Shown here: one piece after another, positions 35,725 through 44,017 of the stretch
Position numbering within the stretch: position 1 is the stretch's first letter
How the letters are laid out: every line of letters begins with the position of its first letter
Assembly: GCA_964421955.1 (NCBI GenBank)
Contig: CAYQYU010000008.1
Coordinates: 1 to 46,722, forward strand
Length of the DNA stretch: 46,722 nucleotides
Origin: an uncultured archaeon
GTDB taxonomy: Archaea > Nanohalarchaeota > Nanosalinia > Nanosalinales > Nanosalinaceae
Reading direction: 5' to 3'
Made by a program: the position numbers and the translations under genes
Notes under the pieces: generated by a model
What the model was told of the DNA's origin: nothing
What the model saw: the letters and a program-made list of their open reading frames with translations, nothing else
Databases searched by the model: none

Positions 35725-36033
35725 CTAACCGTACTGTCTCTGAAGGAGCTGTAGACCGTTGGCAAGACCTCCCACAAGCAGTAGCAATCCACCAACCAGA
35801 TAGAGTGCCGCGACGATCATTCCCGCTGAAGACGGAACTGATAAGATCGCTCCTAGCGCATTACCGGCCAGCATGTAGTCAAGTCCTGCACCGGCAATAA
35901 ACGCCATCACCCCGGCGGTAATCTCTGTCCATCTGATGTCAGGCAGACTACTGTAGTTCCAAACCGCTGCCAGGATAGCTACTGCGAGGGAAACTGTTAA
36001 TCCAACGTTCAGCTCTAGACCTAGAAAGGCCAT
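35725..36033 (-). CDS. Small three-TM membrane protein
   Basis: GGGGGTGA SD before ATG 36033; hydrophobic helices. Confidence 0.7.
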   Translation of the reverse strand: MAFLGLELNVGLTVSLAVAILAAVWNYSSLPDIRWTEITAGVMAFIAGAGLDYMLAGNALGAILSVPSSAGMIVAALYLVGGLLLLVGGLANGLQLLQRQYG

Positions 36034-36230
36034 TCCTTCACCCCCCATAACACCGTTATGTTACCTGAGTTAAAAAAAGTTAATTGTCAGGCCCCTATGA
36101 CTAATAAACCAGTTAAAAACCGTTTCAAGATCCTGAAACGTCCTTTTAGAGCCCTTGATACTATATGACCCTGCCCGGAGAAATTTCAATATAGCTCAAT
36201 CTAATCCACGGACACCCGAGTCCGCAGTTT

Positions 36231-36356
36231 CTACTTCTTTCGCTCTATGCAGGTCCTGTGGCAGACGCCCTCGTCTGACTCAAAGAAGGACTGATCACTG
36301 TGAACACTGTTGCCACACACAAGACAGAAGCCGATCTGGCGTTGAAGCTCTGGCAT
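36231..36356 (-). CDS. 41-aa zinc-finger microprotein (CxxCG...HxxC; not in ORF track)
   Basis: MPELQRQIGFCLVCGNSVHSDQSFFESDEGVCHRTCIERKK*; GGGGGT SD upstream. Confidence 0.75.
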   Translation of the reverse strand: MPELQRQIGFCLVCGNSVHSDQSFFESDEGVCHRTCIERKK

Positions 36357-36540
36357 CTAACCCCCTACCCCCACTTAACATTTGTTATCTTCCCTAATAT
36401 AAACTACCCTGTACTCTTATCCACACAAAACCGCTCCAGAACAGGAAATTGTATTACAAACACACCCTATCTGGACAAAAAAGGCGTTTCTGTATTACAG
36501 AATCCGTGCCTGTTTAAATCTAGCGTCCCAACACAGCTGT

Positions 36541-37281
36541 ATGAAACCAGCCGACTGTCACTGCCACCTCGACTTCGAGCAGTTCGACCATGACCGGGAA
36601 GATGTTATAGAACGCTGCCAGGAACGACTGGAATTCACTGTCAACGCAGGAAGCAACATCGAACACAATAGAGCGGCGCTAGATCTCCAGGAAAACTATC
36701 CCGGAACCATGGTCGCTAACCTCGGGCTCCACCCTGTCTACACCGAAAGCTTCGACGAGCTTGAAGAGGTGAAGCAACAGATCCGGGAAGAACTGCCCGC
36801 GGCGATAGGAGAGATCGGACTGGACCACCATCACGTCACTGCGAGCAGAGAAAAAGAAAGGCAGGAGGAGGTCTTCCGGTCACTGCTTGAACTCGCAGAA
36901 GGGCAGAACCTTCCTGTTGTAGTCCATTCAAGGGACGCGGAAAGAGAGGTTGTCGACATCCTGAAAGAGCACGATCTTCCCGGGGTGATGCTCCACTGTT
37001 TCAACGGAACAGTTTCGCTCGCAAAGGAAGCTGTCGAGAACGGTATGATAATTGGAGTGACAACCCAGGTAATTTACTCTGATCGTGTAGAGGAACTCGC
37101 AAGGGAAATCCCTCTCGAGAACATCCTTCTCGAAACCGATTCACCATATCTATTCGGCGATAGGAACGAGCCGGTAAACGTCGAGAAAAGTGCGAAGAGG
37201 ATAGCCGAACTCAAGGACAGGGAAAGGGAAAAGGTTGTCGAGATCACTACCCGCAACGCGAGAGACTTTTTCAACAAGTGA
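36541..37281 (+). CDS. tatD: TatD family DNase
   Basis: DCHCHL, GLHP, IGEIGLD, VHSR, HCF, LETDSP. Confidence 0.95.
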   Translation: MKPADCHCHLDFEQFDHDREDVIERCQERLEFTVNAGSNIEHNRAALDLQENYPGTMVANLGLHPVYTESFDELEEVKQQIREELPAAIGEIGLDHHHVTASREKERQEEVFRSLLELAEGQNLPVVVHSRDAEREVVDILKEHDLPGVMLHCFNGTVSLAKEAVENGMIIGVTTQVIYSDRVEELAREIPLENILLETDSPYLFGDRNEPVNVEKSAKRIAELKDREREKVVEITTRNARDFFNK

Positions 37282-37316
37282 TTATCCCTTTATATCTTCA
37301 GATGCAGAACCTTGGT

Positions 37317-37781
37317 ATGGTACTGGAAAAGTTCAAGGATCGGGTGAGTGGCGAGCCAAGGATCGCCGTCTTCGTCGACGGACCAAACATTATCAGGAAG
37401 GAGTTTGACCTCGATCTGGATCTCCTCCGTGAAAAGATAGGCGAGATGGGAACCATAAAGGTCGGCAAGGTTTTTCTCAACCAGTACGCCTCGGAGAAGC
37501 TGATCGAGGCCATCGTCTCGCAGGGCTTTGAACCCGCGCTCGGACTTGGCAGAGAGAAAGACAAGGAAAGCGATGTGGATGTCTACATGGCTGTCAACGC
37601 GATGGAGGCCGTCTTCAACGATTCGATCGATATCATTGTACTCGTTTCCCGGGACACGGATTTTTTACCAGTTATACAGAAGGCGAAGGAGCACGGCAAG
37701 GAGACCGTTATAATTGGAATGGAACCCGGATTCTCGACCGCCCTGAAGAACGCGGCCGACCAGGTAATAGAGCTCGAGTGA
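37317..37781 (+). CDS. NYN domain protein (TIGR00288-like)
   Basis: [33 protein letters not shown]. Confidence 0.92.
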   Translation: MVLEKFKDRVSGEPRIAVFVDGPNIIRKEFDLDLDLLREKIGEMGTIKVGKVFLNQYASEKLIEAIVSQGFEPALGLGREKDKESDVDVYMAVNAMEAVFNDSIDIIVLVSRDTDFLPVIQKAKEHGKETVIIGMEPGFSTALKNAADQVIELE

Positions 37782-37787
37782 GATAGA

Positions 37788-38105
37788 ATGGCTCCAGTAA
37801 GACCTGACCCCATGGGTGCGCTCGACCTTCTATCCGCCGCTTTGCTCTGGTTCACCCTTTCTCCCCTGCCTGTTGCGGTGGCACAGTTTCACGCTGGCTT
37901 CCTCTTTTTCAAGGGCGGAGGAAGCATGATAAATTCAGTTCCCCTGCCTGTTCCAGTATATGTGCTGGGAGGGGCGGCGGATATATTATCCGCCGCCATC
38001 CTCTTCACCGGCAGCCCCCCCGTGCTTGTGGGCTACAAGAACTGGATAGCGGGCATGCTGTTCCTCAAGGGTATCTGGACTTTCCTCGGATTCATGCAGG
38101 ACTGA
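37788..38105 (+). CDS. Small four-TM membrane protein with internal duplication
   Basis: Two G.LD(L/I)LSAA...F.KG halves. Confidence 0.75.
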   Translation: MAPVRPDPMGALDLLSAALLWFTLSPLPVAVAQFHAGFLFFKGGGSMINSVPLPVPVYVLGGAADILSAAILFTGSPPVLVGYKNWIAGMLFLKGIWTFLGFMQD

Positions 38106-38147
38106 GCCCCAACACAGTGATTACTCGATCTCTTTCAAGAGCAGCTA

Positions 38148-38237
38148 TCAAACCTGGATGCTGCCAACACCGAGTTCGTTCCATATCGTCCTTTCCTCGC
38201 GGATATCTTCAATGGCGATATAGCTGGTTTCTTCCAT
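38148..38237 (-). CDS. 29-aa small ORF or gene remnant
   Basis: MEETSYIAIEDIREERTIWNELGVGSIQV*; TTTATAAA ~27 nt upstream. Confidence 0.35.
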   Translation of the reverse strand: MEETSYIAIEDIREERTIWNELGVGSIQV

Positions 38238-38303
38238 TGCACGCAGAAATTACCGTCGCTCCATTTATAAAGAAGCGGAGAATGTTCCGGTAGTTCCGGA
38301 AAC

Positions 38304-38465
38304 TCAGTCAGAGTAGTTCCGGATAAGCTCCTCGACTATGCGTTTCTTGAGAGCGCCAGCATCGGTTTCAGTGTCTATTTCCTGCTTGAGTTTCTCGAGC
38401 TCCTCAATTTTCTCTTCCGCTGGTAGCTCTTCAAAGTCTTCCGGTAGCTCGGATTCTATGTTCAT
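38304..38465 (-). CDS. 53-aa acidic helical microprotein (not in ORF track)
   Basis: MNIESELPEDFEELPAEEKIEELEKLKQEIDTETDAGALKKRIVEELIRNYSD*; composition typical of this genome. Confidence 0.75.
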   Translation of the reverse strand: MNIESELPEDFEELPAEEKIEELEKLKQEIDTETDAGALKKRIVEELIRNYSD

Positions 38466-38489
38466 AGTCCTGTTTAGAAATGAAATCTT

Positions 38490-39155
38490 TTATCTGCGGC
38501 CGCCGTGCCTGTTCCGGGTCCCGCCACCCAGGCTACTGTTTATTCTCTTCAGTAGCTCTATGATCTGCTCATTCTGTGACTTCAGCTCATCGATGTCCTC
38601 CCTGCTGGCGGTAGAGCTTCCTCCACGAGGATTCATGCCCGCGTTCTCCATTTCTCTCTCTGTCTGCGGACTTAGCTGTGGCTCCGAGCTTCCTTCCCGC
38701 GGTCTCCCTGTCTGGGGATTTGGAGATTCCTGTGGAGCTTTTCCCCGGGACTGGTTCCCCTGGCTGTTCTGCTGTCTCCTCGAATTCTGCTGGCCTGGCT
38801 GACCTCCACGTCCCTGATTTGGCTGGTTCTGTCTCGGAGGTTGTGGTTCATTTGCACCAGAGTCTGTCGCGGGAGCTGGATCATCGGAGAGACCCTGTCC
38901 CACGGGATCGATACCTCCCTGGTTCTGGCCCTGCTGGTTCTGGCCGGGACTTCCAAAACCTGTATCTCTGCTGTTATCAATATCATTCATTCCTCCTGGG
39001 CTATTTCCAGGGCCCTGACCCTGTGATCCTCCTTCAAAGGAGCTTTCGAAATCGTTGCCGCCGAAATCTGAGCCTCTCGATCGAGAACTGCTGTTAGAGG
39101 AACCAGAAGACGAATTAGATGAAAATGAATCCTTGATACTGTCCAGGAAACCCAT
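38490..39155 (-). CDS. Intrinsically disordered S/G/Q/N/P-rich protein with N-terminal amphipathic motif and C-terminal coiled coil
   Basis: MGFLDSIKDSF; low-complexity core; EDIDELKSQNEQIIELLKRINSSL. Confidence 0.8.
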   Translation of the reverse strand: MGFLDSIKDSFSSNSSSGSSNSSSRSRGSDFGGNDFESSFEGGSQGQGPGNSPGGMNDIDNSRDTGFGSPGQNQQGQNQGGIDPVGQGLSDDPAPATDSGANEPQPPRQNQPNQGRGGQPGQQNSRRQQNSQGNQSRGKAPQESPNPQTGRPREGSSEPQLSPQTEREMENAGMNPRGGSSTASREDIDELKSQNEQIIELLKRINSSLGGGTRNRHGGRR

Positions 39156-39226
39156 AAGAGGATTTGTGGCGGAGCTGTTGATTAAAGTTTCGATTCACCG
39201 ATTTTAAGTAGGAGTGGAACAAATCT

Positions 39227-40852
39227 ATGGGCGTGAGCCACGGAGACGAACCCGGGAAAACCTGCCATTTTGGACACGTCGTTATGCCCGTGAAGGGGGA
39301 GATAGACCATGAACTCAAGAAGAGGGTTCAAAGTGGGGAGATAGGAAATCTCGACCAGCTAAGGAACGCTGGTAACAGTATTGGCGATCTCTGCGGCAAT
39401 CCCTACAAGACGGTCAAGGTGATTTCCGGGAGCCAGGGCGCTCCAAGAGCCGCGGCCTTCCAGGCGGTTGACAAGCTTGACGACGACCTGGATTATACGG
39501 CGAAAAAACTGAGCGAGAGCATCTTTGTGTCACCCCAGAGCCAGCTCCACAGCGAGTACATGCAGAGGAAGAACCAGGCGGAGCAGAACGTCAGGGACAC
39601 GATGAGGAATATCTCGAACCTGATCCAGCAGAAGCACATGCTTGAACACGATATCCGAAAACTGAGGACGCGGGCGGAAAACATGCGTTCCGGAGACGAG
39701 AATATTCTGAAAGGTGACTTCATAGAGCTCGTGGACGGCGCGGGAGCTGCCGGAGGACAGGGCGGTGACGAGGCCTCGCTAAAGTTCTACCGTGACAACA
39801 ACATATATCCCTCAATTGTCGCGGACTTCCAGGAGATGAGTTCGCTCGAAGATCTTGAGGAGGGCGAGAAGCTAGGAGAGCTGCCGAACAACGAGAAGGC
39901 CATTCTGCGGAAAAAATGGGCGATGTACGAGAAGTGGAAGGACCTCTACGGAAGCGAGATCCAGAGAAAGTTGAAGGAGCTAAAGCAGCAGCTGAAGAGT
40001 ATTGAACGCTCGATTGATGAGACTGAGGAATGGCTTGAACCTTACGTCAGGGACGTGAAGATGATAAACGAGAAGAGTCGTGATGAGCTCAAGGCCGAGT
40101 TCAGCCATTATTTCGATTTCCGGGGCACCTCGACCCAGTTCAGGACGATGGAGTTCGTGGCCTATCGACCGATGGTAAATGGGGGGAGAATGCTTGAAGT
40201 TGTGGAGGACGGGTCGAACGCCACCCACTACCGTATGATATACATACACGTCACCCATATCAACCTCGCGGGATTTGAACAGCCGCAGACACCGGCCCAG
40301 GGGCCTTCAGTTGCGATAATCAAGTGGCATCCCGTGGTGATATGTCGCCACGTGTTCGAGAAATTCTTCCAGAAAAGGGTCGAAGAACACGCCAACCAGT
40401 TCGAGCAGGTCCTGAAAGACTACCACGGCGAGCTACAGACAGAGAGAGGTAGCAAGATACAGGAAGCCAGGAGCGATAAGGGCTTCAAGGTGAGAGAGGT
40501 CAGGGAGAAGATCAAGGAGGAGTTGGACAGGGAAATCCCTGTAGAGTTTTCATCCACGTTGAGAAGGGTTGAAGACGGTATAGACACCCCAAATACCATC
40601 GAGAAGCGGTACGGGGAAGGAGTGCTGGAGGCGCTTGAAACGGTGCTTGAGATAGAACTCGGAGAGGAGGATGAAGATGCGGACGAGGAGATGTACCGGG
40701 GAATACAGAAAGAGCTCAGGGAATTTACAGGCCTTGTAGACGAGTTCAAGATCCCTGCCAGCGCCGATCCCGTGGGAGACTTTCAAAACCATTTCAAGTT
40801 CGACTTTTACTACGACTTCAAGGTCGACCTCGGCCTGTTCGTCATGAATTGA
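39227..40852 (+). CDS. Uncharacterised coiled-coil protein with possible XRE-type HTH
   Basis: Two heptad regions; GSKIQEARSDKGFKVREV...SSTLRRVEDGIDTP. Confidence 0.85.
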   Translation: MGVSHGDEPGKTCHFGHVVMPVKGEIDHELKKRVQSGEIGNLDQLRNAGNSIGDLCGNPYKTVKVISGSQGAPRAAAFQAVDKLDDDLDYTAKKLSESIFVSPQSQLHSEYMQRKNQAEQNVRDTMRNISNLIQQKHMLEHDIRKLRTRAENMRSGDENILKGDFIELVDGAGAAGGQGGDEASLKFYRDNNIYPSIVADFQEMSSLEDLEEGEKLGELPNNEKAILRKKWAMYEKWKDLYGSEIQRKLKELKQQLKSIERSIDETEEWLEPYVRDVKMINEKSRDELKAEFSHYFDFRGTSTQFRTMEFVAYRPMVNGGRMLEVVEDGSNATHYRMIYIHVTHINLAGFEQPQTPAQGPSVAIIKWHPVVICRHVFEKFFQKRVEEHANQFEQVLKDYHGELQTERGSKIQEARSDKGFKVREVREKIKEELDREIPVEFSSTLRRVEDGIDTPNTIEKRYGEGVLEALETVLEIELGEEDEDADEEMYRGIQKELREFTGLVDEFKIPASADPVGDFQNHFKFDFYYDFKVDLGLFVMN

Positions 40853-40858
40853 GGGGTC

Positions 40859-43351
40859 ATGGCTTTCTTACTTGATACCCTGAGGAAGAATCTCGGTTCC
40901 GGGAATGAGGAAGGTTTTGGCGACCTGAACTACATCATCGGTAACACTTCCGGACTCGACATCGGACAGGTTCCTTCGCCACTCGACCAGCGTATCGGCA
41001 GGATGGCACAGATCGGAGGTGGAGTGATGGAGGTACAGATCACCAACCCCGCAACCTTCCAGATCGATAGGCCTGAGTTAATGAACGTTATCAACCAGAT
41101 CGGTTTCGACACTATCACTTTACACGGCGACCCCAACATCGGCTTTACAGGAGCATACGCGACTCGGGGCCAGGGAATAACAGGGTACAACATCGTCCAC
41201 CGGTACTTCAAGCGCTACCTCGAGCAGATGGCCTCGTTCCGGTGGGAGGCCAGCAAACAGAAAGAGGACTTCTTCGACGTCGGTTACGTCAACATGCACG
41301 CCTCCAACGAGATGATACCGGCCCGGGAAGAAAGACTAGCATCCGACGTCTCCGTCGATCCATTCGGCTTCCAGATCACGAACATCAACGGCGGGAAGGA
41401 AATCAATATCTACGAGAACGAAGAGTTCCTGGAGAACCTGTTCGACTACTTCTTCCTGGAGATGGTTGAACAGCCCTGGAGGCAGTACGAACAGATATTT
41501 TCGGATGAATCAGAAGATTTCCGGGAGAAATGGAACGAGGTGAAAGCTGAGGAGGTGGATGACTACTTCTTCAGCAGGAAAATGGATATATCTTTCAAGG
41601 ACAAGATTTCCCTCTTCCAGACCGCCTCAAGCATCGATCAGGGCGCGGAGGAAGACTTTCTCCAGAGCCTAGATCAATACGAGCTTGAACAGCCCATAGA
41701 AATCGCCGCAAGAAGAACGACTCAGGAAGATGAGCTGGGAGAGGAAGTGGTGAGAAAGGTGTCGACTCTTGAGGAAATATCCAATGTATTCAGGGCTGAG
41801 GCAAGGAGAATTTTCAGCAACACAGCGCGTCTTTCCCGGGATCTTTTCGACCTGAAGAATGGTAATGTGCAACCAGAACTTGAGAGAGGTATCAGAGCAA
41901 CCGGCATCAATGTACCCGAGAATTCCCTGGATAACGCCGTGGAGGAGCTGATAGAGGACCTCTGGGGGACAGGTACACAGGCCGCTCTTTCCGCCCAGGG
42001 AAAGCTCCAGTCCGTATCAAGAAACCTTGACATACAGAACACCAGGATATACGAGGAGGCCCAGGACCGCCCGGATGTAATAGAAGAAGCCAAAAAAGCC
42101 TTTTCCAACCCTGAGAACAACCAGATAATAAAGAACCTAACCCAGGGCCGTGTCCGTGACGACTTCAACAAGGAGTCATCGCTGTTCTTCCACATCCTCC
42201 CTGCCTGGATGCAGGCTGCCGACTACTCCTCTGATGAAGGCAATCACCCAGGTTGGGAAGTACCCAAGTTCATCTGGGAGAACACGCTTAGACAGAGCGT
42301 TGAGGAGAGCAACGTGGTTGATGGCGACGACCCTTACTTCGACAGCTGGGAGCAGTTCGAAGCCTTCCTGGATGAGAGACGTGAGAACGAGCTGGACGTT
42401 ATCGCTGCGGTCGGAATATGCTACATTTGGGGTCACTGGACCCAGAAAAAGGACCGGTTTAACAACGAGCCATTCGAACTTACGGTCACCGGCTTTGAAG
42501 GATACGAGAAGCCCGAGCTGAAGGAGGGAGATGAGGGAAGTTACACCTGGATCGAGTGGATGAACAAGTTCGGGCTGAGGCTGAACATCGAGGCGATGTT
42601 TGGAAGCCCCGGTGAGTTAAGAAGAGTGTGGCGGCCGAAGGATATCGCGATAGCATGCCACGCAATCAACCGTCAGGCCCGCAAAGACCTGGGAGAAGAC
42701 TACGATAATAACCTTGTCAAGTTCACGATCGACATGGAGCACACCGCCTCCTACGGCGTAGATCCGTGGAATGAGATGCAGAAGCTGATCGACAACGAGA
42801 AGAAGCTTGCGGAAGACTATCCTGATCTCGGCATCAATCCCGAGAAGCCGCTGGCGAAGATAGTGAAGACCTATCACCTTACGAAGCCGGGGTGGGAGCA
42901 ACAGCAGGGCCACAGGCACGGACCCTTTACGCGGGGAGACGAGACGCTCTACTACTGGCTCTACCACATGGTGAAGAACGGTTTTGCCCGCAATCCTGAC
43001 GACGAGGCCCGTATAATCTTCGAGGTCGGCGGGGAATATAGGGAGGAAATGTACGTCACTCGGGTGGCTATGGACATGATAGAGCTCGGAATAGAACCCG
43101 AGGAGTTGAACGTCAACAAGATCCCTGTCGACGGCAACTTCGAGACAGTGGAGCAGGAACTCATGGCCCGTTTCTTCGGGATGGACAAGGGAAGCTTCAA
43201 CCGGGAGTGGGCGAAGATCGAGGAGCACGCGTTCGACCCGCTCGACGGTTTACTCCAGGCAAGAAGCTTCGATGATACGTTCTCCAGCCAGGGCGCTATC
43301 GAGCAGGGCCAGGCCCGGCCACAGCAGTGGAAGGAAGAGGAGTACCAGTAA
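40859..43351 (+). CDS. Large AP-endonuclease-2/xylose-isomerase-like TIM-barrel protein with ~425-aa insertion
   Basis: Ordered motifs TLHG, NMHA, NIEA, TIDMEH, TYHL, HRHGP, IFEV. Confidence 0.8.
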   Translation: MAFLLDTLRKNLGSGNEEGFGDLNYIIGNTSGLDIGQVPSPLDQRIGRMAQIGGGVMEVQITNPATFQIDRPELMNVINQIGFDTITLHGDPNIGFTGAYATRGQGITGYNIVHRYFKRYLEQMASFRWEASKQKEDFFDVGYVNMHASNEMIPAREERLASDVSVDPFGFQITNINGGKEINIYENEEFLENLFDYFFLEMVEQPWRQYEQIFSDESEDFREKWNEVKAEEVDDYFFSRKMDISFKDKISLFQTASSIDQGAEEDFLQSLDQYELEQPIEIAARRTTQEDELGEEVVRKVSTLEEISNVFRAEARRIFSNTARLSRDLFDLKNGNVQPELERGIRATGINVPENSLDNAVEELIEDLWGTGTQAALSAQGKLQSVSRNLDIQNTRIYEEAQDRPDVIEEAKKAFSNPENNQIIKNLTQGRVRDDFNKESSLFFHILPAWMQAADYSSDEGNHPGWEVPKFIWENTLRQSVEESNVVDGDDPYFDSWEQFEAFLDERRENELDVIAAVGICYIWGHWTQKKDRFNNEPFELTVTGFEGYEKPELKEGDEGSYTWIEWMNKFGLRLNIEAMFGSPGELRRVWRPKDIAIACHAINRQARKDLGEDYDNNLVKFTIDMEHTASYGVDPWNEMQKLIDNEKKLAEDYPDLGINPEKPLAKIVKTYHLTKPGWEQQQGHRHGPFTRGDETLYYWLYHMVKNGFARNPDDEARIIFEVGGEYREEMYVTRVAMDMIELGIEPEELNVNKIPVDGNFETVEQELMARFFGMDKGSFNREWAKIEEHAFDPLDGLLQARSFDDTFSSQGAIEQGQARPQQWKEEEYQ

Positions 43352-43352
43352 A

Positions 43353-43955
43353 TTATCGATCCAGGTTCTCCACAGCATCCCGCTGGCGGAGAAAAACATC
43401 GGCGGTCTGGGCGAAGAAGTTACGTTTACAGGGCTGCTCTCTCTTTCCTATATAGGTGTCAAATGCGAAGGTGCGATAAGTGTTATCATCTCCATACATT
43501 CCAAATGCTTTTCTGGCTGTCAAATCACATTTCCAGCCGTGGTAGTCCGAGGTAAATCCGTGCACAGTATCACCTCCATCTGCGACATCAAGGGCCGAAT
43601 CCACATCATCCGCGGTGGTGTCAAGTTCCCTGTAGGGTTCCTGGACATCGACACCTAATTCTTCAAGATTTTCTATCTCTGAACTATCAACTGCTTCCTG
43701 CTCTTCTTCCGGAACAACGAGTACATCAGGAACATCATTTCCAAAATCCCAGTTATGGGTGATATCATACTGCGCGCCCATGAACCTGATCCTGCTCTCG
43801 TAGTCGTTTGGCGCACCGTACACGAATCCGACATCGCAGCCTCCATGCTCAAGAGTATCTTCGTAACTCTCTCTATCACTAATAAAAGGTATACGAACCA
43901 TCGCATCTCCCATCTGATCGAGACTATGAACAGGGCCCAGTTTATTTTCTACCAT
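43353..43955 (-). CDS. Hypothetical protein, DUF218/YdcF-like
   Basis: FTSDYH preceded by DTTADD, like the NT.EN...VTS.YH pattern of DUF218; composition appears more AT-rich. Confidence 0.55.
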   Translation of the reverse strand: MVENKLGPVHSLDQMGDAMVRIPFISDRESYEDTLEHGGCDVGFVYGAPNDYESRIRFMGAQYDITHNWDFGNDVPDVLVVPEEEQEAVDSSEIENLEELGVDVQEPYRELDTTADDVDSALDVADGGDTVHGFTSDYHGWKCDLTARKAFGMYGDDNTYRTFAFDTYIGKREQPCKRNFFAQTADVFLRQRDAVENLDR

Positions 43956-44017
43956 AAAGTAACAACTACACTGTAAGGTTTATAAATTTATGAACCAAGG
44001 ATTCATTGTGGTTCTAC

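Noticed and set aside
36155-36593. Plus-strand ORFs 36155-36397 and 36300-36593
   Set aside because: Atypical composition; the region is better explained by the minus-strand zinc-finger microprotein and the tatD promoter.
38338-39097. Plus-strand ORFs 38338-38802 and 38678-39097
   Set aside because: Antisense to the 53-aa and disordered-protein genes.
40859-43351. Intein as the explanation for the large insertion
   Set aside because: No C/S...HN-C/S/T splice junction motifs or LAGLIDADG blocks are visible.
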